64,000 bases of DNA from an uncultured Candidatus Saccharibacteria bacterium (GCA_964391935.1 CAYMOA010000002.1:995-64994); one strand, 5' to 3'. Shown: positions 29,154 through 38,093, numbered from the stretch's first letter. The notes: generated by a model from the letters alone, not told the origin. Numbers and translations are program-made.

Positions 29154-30129
29154 AATTTAATATCTTTTGTATTACTCGCCTAAGTTTATCATAATCGTGA
29201 CGGATATAACTCTTATTCGGGTCACCTTTTTGTTTATTAGCTAAATTAGTAGTAAGTAGTTTAGATGTAAAAATTCTCTTGTCTTGTGCCATATCATTTC
29301 TAACCTCCACACCTTCCCCTTCTTTTTCTAAATACTTTGAAAGTTGTTCACTTATAAATTTTTGATTATTGAATACTATAAAATTAATGTTACGTCCAAT
29401 ATATTTTTCTATCTCACTAACATAATTACTCAAAGTCCAATTTAAGGTATGACCTTTTCTATTAGTCAGGTTAGCAATGTAAATTATTTTAGCGCTAGAG
29501 TTTTGTATAGCACTCTTAAAACCATCAACTAATAAATTTGGCAAAATTGAACAGAAATGATCCCCAGGTCCGATAATAATATAGTCTGCATTCACCAATA
29601 CTTCTTTTGCATTTGGATTAATTTTTACCAACTCCTTAATATGAACACTTTTTATTGGATTATTTTCTATTTCATAATCATAAATCTTAAATTCCCCCTC
29701 AATTTTTTGATTATCTGATAGATTAGCCACAAGTGTTGCTTGTTTATCTAAAACAGGGATAACCTCTCCATTAATTTTCAAAATTCTAGATGCGGTTAAA
29801 ATTCCTTTATTAAAATCTCCTGTAATTTTTTCTAATGTTGCAAGTAAAATACTTCCAAAACTAAATCCCTCCAATTTCCCAGTATCAAATCTATATGACA
29901 TTAGTTTTCTGACAACTTCCGTTTCTTCAGAAAGTGCAGTCAAACATTGGCGTACATCGCCAGGTGGTAGCACCCCTAACTCATCCCGTAAAATTCCTGT
30001 GGAACCCCCATTGTCTGTCATACACACAATCGCACTTATAGAAATGTTTTTTATTTTTTTTATCCCAGATAACAAATTATATCCACCAGTTCCCCCACTT
30101 ATTGTAACTATTTTTTTCATAGAATTCAT
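29134..30129 (-). CDS. YvcK/CofD-family (UPF0052, 2-phospho-L-lactate transferase-like) protein
   Basis: IVTISGGTGGYNLLSG…AIVCMTDNGGSTGILRDELGVLPPGDVRQC matches the conserved N-terminal core of the family. Confidence 0.75.
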   Translation of the reverse strand: MNSMKKIVTISGGTGGYNLLSGIKKIKNISISAIVCMTDNGGSTGILRDELGVLPPGDVRQCLTALSEETEVVRKLMSYRFDTGKLEGFSFGSILLATLEKITGDFNKGILTASRILKINGEVIPVLDKQATLVANLSDNQKIEGEFKIYDYEIENNPIKSVHIKELVKINPNAKEVLVNADYIIIGPGDHFCSILPNLLVDGFKSAIQNSSAKIIYIANLTNRKGHTLNWTLSNYVSEIEKYIGRNINFIVFNNQKFISEQLSKYLEKEGEGVEVRNDMAQDKRIFTSKLLTTNLANKQKGDPNKSYIRHDYDKLRRVIQKILNYDKNSN

Positions 30130-30191
30130 TACTATCTTAAGATAATACTTATTACATTATGATAACATAATAATTTCTATTCTAGGCTTAA

Positions 30192-30285
30192 GTGTTTTGT
30201 ATCACCACTTATTAAAGAAAATACCCTTATTAAATAAGGGTATTTTCTTTGGCGGAAGACTATATACAACGTTCGGCAGAGTATT
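30192..30285. repeat. attC-like intergenic element E4 (left arm diverged)
   Basis: …gtgttttgtatcacc…aatacccttattaaataagggtattttctttggcggaagactatatacaacgttcggcagagtatt. Perfect 10-bp hairpin plus T-run. Confidence 0.65.
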
Positions 30286-30296
30286 TTAATGAAAAA

Positions 30297-31001
30297 TTAA
30301 ACTTTATTTTTGAGTACAATTCCTCGCCCAGCATAATACTTTAAGAAGTCCAAAACTAACAATGTGTGCCCAACTTGTGTCTTTGTGCTGCGAAAACCAG
30401 ACGGATTATTTATGGTAATTGTATTTTCTTTTAAATTGTATCCAGTTACAACAACCAAATGTCCGCCTTTTTGATTTAATGGCGCAGTATCGTATCCACG
30501 GATGTTTGGATTTACAGATGCAATTATCAGATTCTCATTGCTAAGCGCATACTGTATTCCTTTAATATTTAACTTTGTGAAAACTTCTGCTTTCAGATTA
30601 TACTTATCGACCCAATTTGCAAACTCTCTATATTTCATATTTGAGATTATTTCTCCTTCAACTTCATATACACCATTCTTCAGTGCATCTTCTGCCAACA
30701 CTACTGGTTTTATTTTTTCGCCTTTATAAAAATCTAAAATCATAGATGTGCAAGCCATACCACACATTGTAAATGCCCATTTTTCATATTCTTCTTTTGA
30801 ACTTGCCCCAGTAACCTCCCAATTTAAATCGTCTATTGTTTTTAACTCTTTTCTTAAAATTGGCTCCGCGTTCTCTGGGATTGAGAATTGGCAAACATAT
30901 GGAACATTATTTTCTACTTTATTTTTAATAGCAGAAAAATTTGACTTAAGTTTATATAAAACATTTTTAGTTTCCTGATTAATCTTATTTAGAACTTTCA
31001 T
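30297..31001 (-). CDS. Papain-like cysteine peptidase, C39-like domain
   Basis: Candidate catalytic Cys in WAFTMCGMACTSMIL and His in QKGGHLVVVTGYN. 234 aa. Confidence 0.5.
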   Translation of the reverse strand: MKVLNKINQETKNVLYKLKSNFSAIKNKVENNVPYVCQFSIPENAEPILRKELKTIDDLNWEVTGASSKEEYEKWAFTMCGMACTSMILDFYKGEKIKPVVLAEDALKNGVYEVEGEIISNMKYREFANWVDKYNLKAEVFTKLNIKGIQYALSNENLIIASVNPNIRGYDTAPLNQKGGHLVVVTGYNLKENTITINNPSGFRSTKTQVGHTLLVLDFLKYYAGRGIVLKNKV

Positions 31002-31042
31002 TTTCTTTATTATATTACAAAATGAGAATTAATTAATTCCAA

Positions 31043-31113
31043 CAAAAAATACCCTTATTAAATAAGGATATTTTTCTTTGCGGAAGACTATATGCAATGT
31101 TCGGCAAAGTATT
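31043..31113. repeat. attC-like intergenic element E5 (right arm plus hairpin only)
   Basis: aaaaatacccttattaaataaggatatttttctttgcggaagactatatgcaatgttcggcaaagtatt. Confidence 0.6.
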
Positions 31114-31133
31114 TTAGATGAAAATATCTAATT

Positions 31134-31562
31134 TTAGTATTTCTTCAACCACTCACCCATCATTTTTATTTCTCCTTCTTGGGCAGAAATAATTTGATTA
31201 GCAAAAGTTTTTAATTCTGGACTAACAGTAGGGTCAGCTAGAAGCTTCTTTGCCATATCTACTGCCCCTTGATGATGAGGTATCATTCCGACTATAAACT
31301 CTTTTTCCAACGCTTTACCTGTTTTACCATCCATCATACCTACCATATCATTCATAGTCATATCCATCATACTTTCACCATTATTCATCATCATAGAACC
31401 ATCTGGCATTTTGTGCATATTGCCCATCATATTTCCACTCATTTTATTTCCACCCATCATATTTCCTTGATTGTGGAAAAAAATTGTATCCCAGTGCCAA
31501 GCATAAGTCACCAATAATATACCAGCCAAAACAATTGTTGTAATTTTATAATCTATTTTCAT
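31134..31562 (-). CDS. DUF305 family protein with Met-rich (MxxM/MMxM) segment, putative copper-binding
   Basis: C-terminal IPHHQGAVDMAKKLL…ISAQEGEIKMMGEWL is the DUF305 ferritin-like core. The preceding ~50 aa contain >15 Met in MMG/MxM repeats. Confidence 0.7.
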   Translation of the reverse strand: MKIDYKITTIVLAGILLVTYAWHWDTIFFHNQGNMMGGNKMSGNMMGNMHKMPDGSMMMNNGESMMDMTMNDMVGMMDGKTGKALEKEFIVGMIPHHQGAVDMAKKLLADPTVSPELKTFANQIISAQEGEIKMMGEWLKKY

Positions 31563-31605
31563 AAGTTTTTTTAATTTGGATGTGATTTAATTATTTTTAT
31601 GTTCC

Positions 31606-32205
31606 TCACATTAAGAGCATAAAAGAAGCCATCGCAAACATAATTCCATTTTCCAGCAAAGTAATATTTGTCATCGGGAAGTTAAATACTGTTCCCAAAC
31701 AAACGCACTGTATTTCTTGTTTGTTTTTAATTGAAATATAGGCACTGTAAATACCTAGTCCTGCAAGTATGAAAGCAACAAAGTTTTGGAGAAAAAACAT
31801 AAATCCTGCAAGATACATTATACCCAACCCTATTTCAATAAAAGGATAAAGATATCCAAATCCTGACCATTTCTTTGTAATAACATCGTAAGTTTGGAAA
31901 CCTTCTGCGAAGCCTGTTAGGTCATAGAGTTTGAACAGTCCAAAAGTAATAAAGAAAATGCCCATAAAGTCCATCATTAGCATCATAAAATCTAGTCCAT
32001 AAACAAACTGTCTAATTAGTGAAAGAAATACAATTCCTGCAAACACATAAAAAAAGGGTAGCAATTTTTGTAAATCACTTCTGTTTTTCTTTTCTACTTT
32101 TAGAGAATGATGTACACAGAAATAATGTATTATATTTTTTAAATCGACTTCACTGTGAGTTGCAAACATACTACAAAGTTCACATTTTTGATTTAAGTTT
32201 TGCAT
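31606..32205 (-). CDS. MauE/DoxX-like polytopic membrane protein with N-terminal Cys/His cluster
   Basis: Start moved to MQNLNQKCELC to remove overlap. CELC…H…CVHH followed by five hydrophobic helices. The MauE/DoxX-like assignment is tentative. Confidence 0.4.
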   Translation of the reverse strand: MQNLNQKCELCSMFATHSEVDLKNIIHYFCVHHSLKVEKKNRSDLQKLLPFFYVFAGIVFLSLIRQFVYGLDFMMLMMDFMGIFFITFGLFKLYDLTGFAEGFQTYDVITKKWSGFGYLYPFIEIGLGIMYLAGFMFFLQNFVAFILAGLGIYSAYISIKNKQEIQCVCLGTVFNFPMTNITLLENGIMFAMASFMLLM

Positions 32206-32209
32206 AATT

Positions 32210-32707
32210 TTAATGCCCGTGTTCGGGTGTATTTTCCCCTTCAAGTGTTGTGTGCAAGTCAAAAGCCAAGTCTTTAATTACAAAGTTTGACAACAAAAGC
32301 AAAACTATAGAAAATACAAAAACAATAATCACATTTTTTGTATTTAATTTTAATTTGTCTTTCCAAAAATAAGTTAAATATGATACAAAAATACCAATGG
32401 AAAGTAAATATCCTGCATAAACTGGATTATCTAAATAGTGTTGTATTCCACCAGAAAGAAAGCCAGTCGCAAATGAAAGTCCTGTAAGAATAAACAGATA
32501 GTTTAAGTCTATTTTTTGACCATTCTGTTTTGCTTCTATTATGTTTCCAACAATCATTAAAACTAAACCAATTACACCTAAAATTATGTATCGTAGAAAA
32601 CCATTTTGCAATGTTCCAATGTGAACAACCGAACCAGCGATTAGCGCAACACCGAGATATTTTATAAGGTAAGTGAAATACTTTTTATTATCGTTTGAAA
32701 TTTGCAT
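32210..32707 (-). CDS. Hypothetical polytopic membrane protein
   Basis: 165 aa with multiple TM helices. Confidence 0.4.
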   Translation of the reverse strand: MQISNDNKKYFTYLIKYLGVALIAGSVVHIGTLQNGFLRYIILGVIGLVLMIVGNIIEAKQNGQKIDLNYLFILTGLSFATGFLSGGIQHYLDNPVYAGYLLSIGIFVSYLTYFWKDKLKLNTKNVIIVFVFSIVLLLLSNFVIKDLAFDLHTTLEGENTPEHGH

Positions 32708-32708
32708 A

Positions 32709-33044
32709 TTATTTTTCTAATTCTTTACCTAATTTATAAAAAAGCACAGCACCCAACCCCCAAGCAAATGGTAGCCAAAGTGGAATAGATAAAAAGTTGG
32801 AGTTGTTCCAAACCTGCACCCTATCTAGTCCAGTCAAACCAACTTCAATAAATAATCCCAAAAGGAAACTTATTGAATATAAATATGCTTCTACACCTCT
32901 ATTATTAGAGATTGAAAACAAAAAACTTGAAAACATCAATACTAGTAGAAGAGGGATATACTCATTGCCATGAAAAAGAACTTCTATTGCAAAAAAAATT
33001 ACAGGTAGGGATAGATATTTAAGAATTATTTTTGTATTTTTCAT
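32709..33044 (-). CDS. Hypothetical small membrane protein
   Basis: 111 aa with three hydrophobic helices. Confidence 0.4.
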   Translation of the reverse strand: MKNTKIILKYLSLPVIFFAIEVLFHGNEYIPLLLVLMFSSFLFSISNNRGVEAYLYSISFLLGLFIEVGLTGLDRVQVWNNSNFLSIPLWLPFAWGLGAVLFYKLGKELEK

Positions 33045-33045
33045 A

Positions 33046-33342
33046 CTATTTTCTTTTAAGTTTATATACCTTAATAATCTCTTTCTGCATTTCTTCCAAT
33101 CTATTTTTGTTTGTTTCTTTATGCAAACAATGTGCCAAATGACTTTCTAACATTTCATCTTCTAGACCAGAAATCGCACTTTTAATTGCAGAAGTTTGTG
33201 TGATGATGTCTATACAATACTTATCATCTAGTATCATCTTTTCAACTCCATTTAACTGCCCGGCAATTCGTTTGAGGCGAGTTAGTATTTTTTTGTTATC
33301 TTTGTTTATACCGTGCATAAAATGAGCCCTTACCTGCAACAC
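33046..33342 (-). CDS. csoR: CsoR/RcnR-family metal-sensing transcriptional repressor
   Basis: 98 aa. LTRLKRIAGQLNGVEKM… with C (YCID) and H-x3-C (HLAHC) in the positions of the CsoR Cys/His/Cys Cu(I) ligand set. Confidence 0.75.
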   Translation of the reverse strand: MLQVRAHFMHGINKDNKKILTRLKRIAGQLNGVEKMILDDKYCIDIITQTSAIKSAISGLEDEMLESHLAHCLHKETNKNRLEEMQKEIIKVYKLKRK

Positions 33343-33463
33343 TTAGTTACACAGTTTGTGCAAGAACAGTTTGAACACTTACAAGTTGGACAAGAACATT
33401 TTGAATTTTTCATATATATTGTGAGTGGGAGTTTTTTATGGATTTCTACCACTAGGATTTTAG

Positions 33464-33484
33464 TATATACCCCCATAGGGTATA
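33464..33484. promoter_or_regulatory. Putative CsoR operator (TATACCC-N5-GGGTATA)
   Basis: 7-bp inverted repeat with a C/G-tract centre, ~120 bp upstream of csoR on the transcribed side. It resembles known CsoR boxes of the form ATACCC…GGGTAT. Confidence 0.5.
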
Positions 33485-33506
33485 TGTCAAGTAATACAAA
33501 AACACC

Positions 33507-33616
33507 TTTTTGCCGAACTTACGCGTTTTGTATCACCTCTTGTAACAAAAAATACCCTTATTAAATAAGGATATTCTGTTTTGCGGAAGACCATATACAA
33601 TGTTCGGCAGAGTATT
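33507..33616. repeat. attC-like imperfect-palindromic intergenic element E6
   Basis: ttttgccgaacttacgcgttttgtatcacc…aatacccttattaaataagg…gcggaagaccatatacaatgttcggcagagtatt. Confidence 0.7.
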
Positions 33617-33657
33617 TTAGAGGAGAAATTGATGTTTTATATAAATTAACTTGCTAA

Positions 33658-34443
33658 TCATATTTCTAAGCCTTTAACTTCTTCACTGTCTACAGAGTAA
33701 TCAAGTGAGAATGGAGTAAGGTCTCTCTCTTCTTTACTATTTGAAAAATAACGAATTGTAACTGCATAGGTATTTATGCAAACACTTTCTCTGAATAATT
33801 TAACCTTTTCGTCAGTTGTATCTGTTTCTAGGACACTTACGTCAATTTGTGGGATTTTTTTTTGAATATCAAAATAACCAGCTTCATTCAAACTAATTGA
33901 AAAGGTTTGATATATTTTCGGCCCTAATTCATATGTTTCAATGTATTTTTGTCGCCAAGCACCTCTCCAATATGATACATTTCCCCCGTTTTGAAATTTA
34001 TCCATTTCTTTAAAAGAATTTATACCTAGTTTAATGTCAGAATAAGGAATTATTGGGTTAAAATTTTTATCTCTTGTTGTGACTGAATATATTATAACTT
34101 TTCCATTAAGGTCTGTCTGAATGGCAACATAAAACAACTTATTTATGAAAATACAGTTCTTAACATTTTCAACTACATTTACAATTACTGGAGCACCTAG
34201 ATTTTCTATAAAAAAACCTATATCTATTCCAGGGCGAAGTTTATTTATTCTCTTTAGCCAGTATTTAGTTTTAAAAAATTTCTTGTAGACATATTCATAG
34301 GAAATACTGATTCCACCCAAACCTCCTAAAATGGTAAATACACCAAGAATTATAGCAAAAAAATAAAATGAATTTAAAAAATAAATTAAAGCTCCTAATT
34401 TGTAGTAGATTTTTATGAATATAAAAATGATAAAATCATACAT
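33658..34443 (-). CDS. Hypothetical membrane-anchored protein
   Basis: 261 aa with N-terminal hydrophobic segments. No motif recognised. Confidence 0.45.
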   Translation of the reverse strand: MYDFIIFIFIKIYYKLGALIYFLNSFYFFAIILGVFTILGGLGGISISYEYVYKKFFKTKYWLKRINKLRPGIDIGFFIENLGAPVIVNVVENVKNCIFINKLFYVAIQTDLNGKVIIYSVTTRDKNFNPIIPYSDIKLGINSFKEMDKFQNGGNVSYWRGAWRQKYIETYELGPKIYQTFSISLNEAGYFDIQKKIPQIDVSVLETDTTDEKVKLFRESVCINTYAVTIRYFSNSKEERDLTPFSLDYSVDSEEVKGLEI

Positions 34444-34446
34444 AAT

Positions 34447-34902
34447 TTAATTAAATTTACTTTCCCAAATTTTTACAACTTCCAGAGATTTTTCTTCCAG
34501 TTCTATATCTTGTATAATTTCAATAGGTTTCAAGAACATTTTATTAATTTGTTCTGTTGAGTAATCTCCACCATAGTAAAGATTGGAAAGTTTATCCTTG
34601 GAAAGTGCAAAAACTATTTTAGAAATTCCTGACCACATACAAGCATTTAGACACATTGCGCAAGTTTCCATACTTGCGTAAAGGGTTGCACCAGTTAAAT
34701 CTGAACTTTGTATGTTTTTACAAGCATTACGTATACATTGAAGTTCGCCGTGTGAAGTGGGGTCGTGTAATACATTTCCAATACTAATTCCTTCACCAAT
34801 TATTTTCCCGTCTTTTACAATTACAGTACCAGCAGGAAAACCACCCTCATTTACTGACTTTTGTGCTTGGTCTATTGCGATTTGTAAATAATTTTTTTCC
34901 AT
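34447..34902 (-). CDS. CMP/dCMP-type zinc deaminase (TadA/guanine deaminase-like)
   Basis: HGELQCIRNA (H-x-E) and TCAMCLNAC (C-x-x-C) are the zinc-binding motifs of the cytidine/deoxycytidylate deaminase fold. Confidence 0.75.
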   Translation of the reverse strand: MEKNYLQIAIDQAQKSVNEGGFPAGTVIVKDGKIIGEGISIGNVLHDPTSHGELQCIRNACKNIQSSDLTGATLYASMETCAMCLNACMWSGISKIVFALSKDKLSNLYYGGDYSTEQINKMFLKPIEIIQDIELEEKSLEVVKIWESKFN

Positions 34903-34932
34903 AACTATATTTTATCATTTTTACCTAACAAA

Positions 34933-34946
34933 AGGTATCTGGATAC
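34933..34946. promoter_or_regulatory. Perfect palindrome GGTATCTGGATACC (copy 1), putative operator
   Basis: 14-bp perfect inverted repeat, ~45 bp upstream of the ATG at 34989. Identical copies at 36618 and 38203. Confidence 0.5.
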
Positions 34947-34988
34947 CAAAGTTTTACAACTCCAACAACTTGAGATATATTTAAATAT

Positions 34989-35462
34989 ATGGAAACACAA
35001 ACACTTTCAGGAACAGAAAAAACCAAGTTTAACGCACTCACTCACGGCATTTTGAGTGAAAGTGTGTCTGACTATGAGAAAGCAGACTACGAGGCAATTT
35101 ACAAGGAATTTGAGGCAGATATAAAACCAAAAGGAATGACAGAAATAGCTCTTACTGAGATAGTAACTATGAGCTACATAAAGAGAAAAAGAATCAATAA
35201 GGCGGAAGTGGAACTTATCAAAGGAACACTAGACCCACTAAAGTTGAGAGAAGTTACGGAATACTCAAATCGTGAGAATCTGCCAGTAGACAAAATTGTA
35301 ATTCGCAATGAATATGTCAGTGGATACAAAACGGAACTAACAGCTGATGCAGTGCAAAGAATGGACTTGTATTCTAGATACGAAACATCTAATGATAACA
35401 GATTTTACAAAGCACTATTTATGATTCAAAAGTTAAGAGAAGGAAATAGTCCGACTGTATAA
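34989..35462 (+). CDS. Hypothetical protein
   Basis: 157 aa ORF preceded by the GGTATC…GATACC palindrome. Confidence 0.45.
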   Translation: METQTLSGTEKTKFNALTHGILSESVSDYEKADYEAIYKEFEADIKPKGMTEIALTEIVTMSYIKRKRINKAEVELIKGTLDPLKLREVTEYSNRENLPVDKIVIRNEYVSGYKTELTADAVQRMDLYSRYETSNDNRFYKALFMIQKLREGNSPTV

Positions 35463-35489
35463 TTCCGTTTCGCAAAATAACACTTTAAA

Positions 35490-36437
35490 TTACTTAGCTT
35501 TGTAAATCATCTCCCCATCAGACTCCACAGTCATAACTTTCCAGTTGTAATCTTCGTAAATTGCATTTGAATTTTCTTCACCAATATATTTAACAGTTAC
35601 ATCAAAATGAGTTTTAATCATAGCACCAAAACTATTTTGACTGTCTACACTTTGACTAACAACAAAGGTTTTACTATCAGTAGTTTTAGTTGATGGGTAA
35701 CCAAAATCTGCTGTGCTAGGAGCTTTCAAAGATTGTTTAATTAAGTTCTTTGAAATTCTCTCAACTGCTGTTTCTTTGCCACTTGCTAGAGGGTCAATTT
35801 TCTTAACAATTACTCCTGTAAATATATTTGAGTCTTTTAGAGCTTTAACATATTTCACTTCATAGTTTGGAGAATTATCTACCAGATTTAGTTGGTTCAA
35901 AATTATGTTTTTATCCTCAATACTATTTAAGTTGCTATGGTCATTTGCTGATGGTAAAAAGAAATCTATCACTGATTTAGATTTTAAATCATATGTCACA
36001 ATCATTTGTAATTTATCTTTTTCAAAAGTCATATCTGGGTTATCTCCATCATATGTATTCCCTTTGGGAATGTATTTAGATTTTGGCTGTCCAAATTTAG
36101 CCACTACATCATCAATACTTTTTCCCAATAAGTCAGAGATATCAAAAATAGCAGGAGTATTAACTTGTTCTTGTTGTCTTTTTTCTAAGTCTGCCACCTG
36201 TTGTCCTTTATCTTTTGCACTTGAGAAATTAGAAACAATTATTGAAAATAATATGAAGCCAATAAAGGTTGAAATTATCCAGTGTCTTCTAAACCAGTTT
36301 CTAATATCAGAATGACAGTGGGGACATTTAGTAGCACCAGCATCTACTTCTTTTTTACAGTAAGGACAAGTATTCAAACGTGTTTTTGTTTCCATATTTA
36401 TTATATTATTTAAATAGCTAGGACTTTTTCTAATCAA
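35490..36437 (-). CDS. Zinc-ribbon membrane-anchored protein (hypothetical)
   Basis: N-terminal CPYCKK…CPHCHS zinc ribbon, one TM helix, then an extracytoplasmic domain. 315 aa. Confidence 0.5.
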   Translation of the reverse strand: MIRKSPSYLNNIINMETKTRLNTCPYCKKEVDAGATKCPHCHSDIRNWFRRHWIISTFIGFILFSIIVSNFSSAKDKGQQVADLEKRQQEQVNTPAIFDISDLLGKSIDDVVAKFGQPKSKYIPKGNTYDGDNPDMTFEKDKLQMIVTYDLKSKSVIDFFLPSANDHSNLNSIEDKNIILNQLNLVDNSPNYEVKYVKALKDSNIFTGVIVKKIDPLASGKETAVERISKNLIKQSLKAPSTADFGYPSTKTTDSKTFVVSQSVDSQNSFGAMIKTHFDVTVKYIGEENSNAIYEDYNWKVMTVESDGEMIYKAK

Positions 36438-36617
36438 AAAGCCCCTAACCAGTTTCTAGTAGTTGTCTACTACATAACCGTTTCCAGTTATGGCACACGT
36501 AATGCAAAAGACCTGATTAGGGGTTCTTTATTCATTACGTGTGACTTGAAACCGTATCTTGTATTCCTACACGACCTTAGGTTTATGGATATATTCTAGC
36601 ATTTTTCTTTCAAAGTT

Positions 36618-36631
36618 GGTATCTGGATACC
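36618..36631. promoter_or_regulatory. Perfect palindrome GGTATCTGGATACC (copy 2) abutting the CD-NTase promoter
   Basis: Lies immediately upstream of -35. Confidence 0.5.
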
Positions 36632-36640
36632 AAAAAATAA

Positions 36641-36669
36641 TTGACACGATATGGTGCGGGGAGTAAAAT
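36641..36669 (+). promoter_or_regulatory. Sigma70-like promoter TTGACA-N17-TAAAAT for the CD-NTase gene
   Basis: Consensus -35, 17-nt spacer, A/T-rich -10, then 6 nt to the ATG at 36676. Confidence 0.5.
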
Positions 36670-36675
36670 TAAGGT

Positions 36676-37560
36676 ATGAGTATTTCAGAAGAGCAGATAA
36701 ATAATTGGGCAGAGCCGATTAGTGAGACAGAGGCGGAAAAATGTAGTAACGCAATTAGAATTATCGGGGAAACTATAAAGGAAAAGTTTGGTAATAGTGT
36801 TAAGATAATACACCAAGGTTCACATAAGAACCGAACTAATATCCGAGCAGATAGTGATGTTGATATTGCGGTTATTTATTTAGATGCGTATTTTTCTGAT
36901 ATCCAACACTTGGACAGTGTAAAACAAACGGATTACTGGAATAAACTGATTCCATCTGATTACAATTTTGCTCAGTTTAAGAATGATGTCCACCAAGTAT
37001 TAGTTGATAAATTTGGTTTGTTTGATGCGACAAGAAAAAATAAATGTGTAAGGGTCAATGGAAATTCCTATAGAGTCAATGCAGATGTTGTCCCAGCATT
37101 TGAATCAAAGCGATTCCATAATTCTGGCAATGTGTCACACACTGGAATTGGTTTTATAGCTGATAATACAGGAATACTAAAGCATAGTTTTCCTGAGCAT
37201 CATTATGAAAATGGTGTTAAGAAAAATGAAGAAACAGGGAACGCTTTTAAAGCGGTAGTTAGAATTTTAAAAAATTTGAGAAATGAGATGGAGGAAAAAA
37301 ACATAATTCCAAAGGGTTCCATTTCTTCATTTTTTCTAGAGAACTTAGCTTACAATGTTCCAAACAACTTCTTTCAGAATAAAACATACAAAGAAGATGT
37401 CCTCTCTGTAATGGGAAAAATTTGGGCAGATATGAGGGATGTAAATACTGGAAATAATTACACAGAAATTAGTCATTTGGCTTTCTTATTTGGTGATTCT
37501 AGTAGAACCACAAAACAAGCTGAAGATTTTATATTTAAAGCGTATAATTATTTGAAATAA
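36676..37560 (+). CDS. cGAS/DncV-like nucleotidyltransferase (CD-NTase, SMODS domain)
   Basis: QGSHKNRTNIRADSDVDIAV gives GS-x11-DxD, and a third acidic residue sits in VNADVVPAF. 294 aa. The architecture is typical of SMODS. Confidence 0.7.
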   Translation: MSISEEQINNWAEPISETEAEKCSNAIRIIGETIKEKFGNSVKIIHQGSHKNRTNIRADSDVDIAVIYLDAYFSDIQHLDSVKQTDYWNKLIPSDYNFAQFKNDVHQVLVDKFGLFDATRKNKCVRVNGNSYRVNADVVPAFESKRFHNSGNVSHTGIGFIADNTGILKHSFPEHHYENGVKKNEETGNAFKAVVRILKNLRNEMEEKNIIPKGSISSFFLENLAYNVPNNFFQNKTYKEDVLSVMGKIWADMRDVNTGNNYTEISHLAFLFGDSSRTTKQAEDFIFKAYNYLK

Positions 37561-37562
37561 AT

Positions 37563-38093
37563 ATGATACAAGAACTAAAATTGGAACAAAAAGTTGATAT
37601 TTTAATTTCTGCAATTGAAGAAAGATATAATGTATTGCATAAAATTAGAGAAAGAGTTCAAAGTGTAGGTTTATGGGCAATAGGACTGTCTTTATCTTCT
37701 GGTGGTTGGTTGATACAAAGTGGATTATCACTAACACCGTCCCAAAAGTTTTTTTATATATCTGGTATTTTATTGGCAACTTATTTTTTGAGACAAAACT
37801 ATCTTGAAGATTTGAGAAAAGGCTTTAAAGCTCAGCAATTAGTTACTGCAAAATTAGAAAAAGCCCTTGGACTTTTTGAAATTGGAATGTTTGATAACGA
37901 GAAAGAATCTATTTTCCCAAAATCTTGGGAACAGGCAGGTCAAAAAAATGGCGGTGGTAATTTTTTCAAAACTACTTTTTTACTTCTATACCTCGCTGTT
38001 TCATTTATGGCTTTATCTATCTATTTTGCCAAAGCACCAAATGAGGTTAATGTTGTAAGTGATAATGTTTTAAAATTTGAGGCTACAAAGTAA
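37563..38093 (+). CDS. SLATT-like 2-3 TM putative CBASS effector
   Basis: 176 aa starting 3 nt after the CD-NTase stop. Helical N-terminus, TM helices VGLWAIGLSLSSGGWLIQ, FFYISGILLATYFL and TTFLLLYLAVSFMALSIYF. Confidence 0.5.
   Translation: MIQELKLEQKVDILISAIEERYNVLHKIRERVQSVGLWAIGLSLSSGGWLIQSGLSLTPSQKFFYISGILLATYFLRQNYLEDLRKGFKAQQLVTAKLEKALGLFEIGMFDNEKESIFPKSWEQAGQKNGGGNFFKTTFLLLYLAVSFMALSIYFAKAPNEVNVVSDNVLKFEATK

Noticed and set aside
30215-30245. Similarity of the repeat-element hairpin ATACCCTTATTAAATAAGGGTAT to the CsoR operator ATACCC…GGGTAT
   Set aside because: Spacing is N11 versus N5 in the csoR-proximal site. The same hairpin family also serves as an ordinary terminator elsewhere (38982). 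It is probably a common terminator stem rather than a metalloregulator site.
24940-33620. Considered whether the recurring intergenic repeats are a CRISPR array
   Set aside because: The repeats are ~100 bp, imperfectly palindromic, and irregularly spaced by whole genes of 0.5-2.5 kb. No cas genes are present. This is incompatible with CRISPR repeat-spacer geometry.
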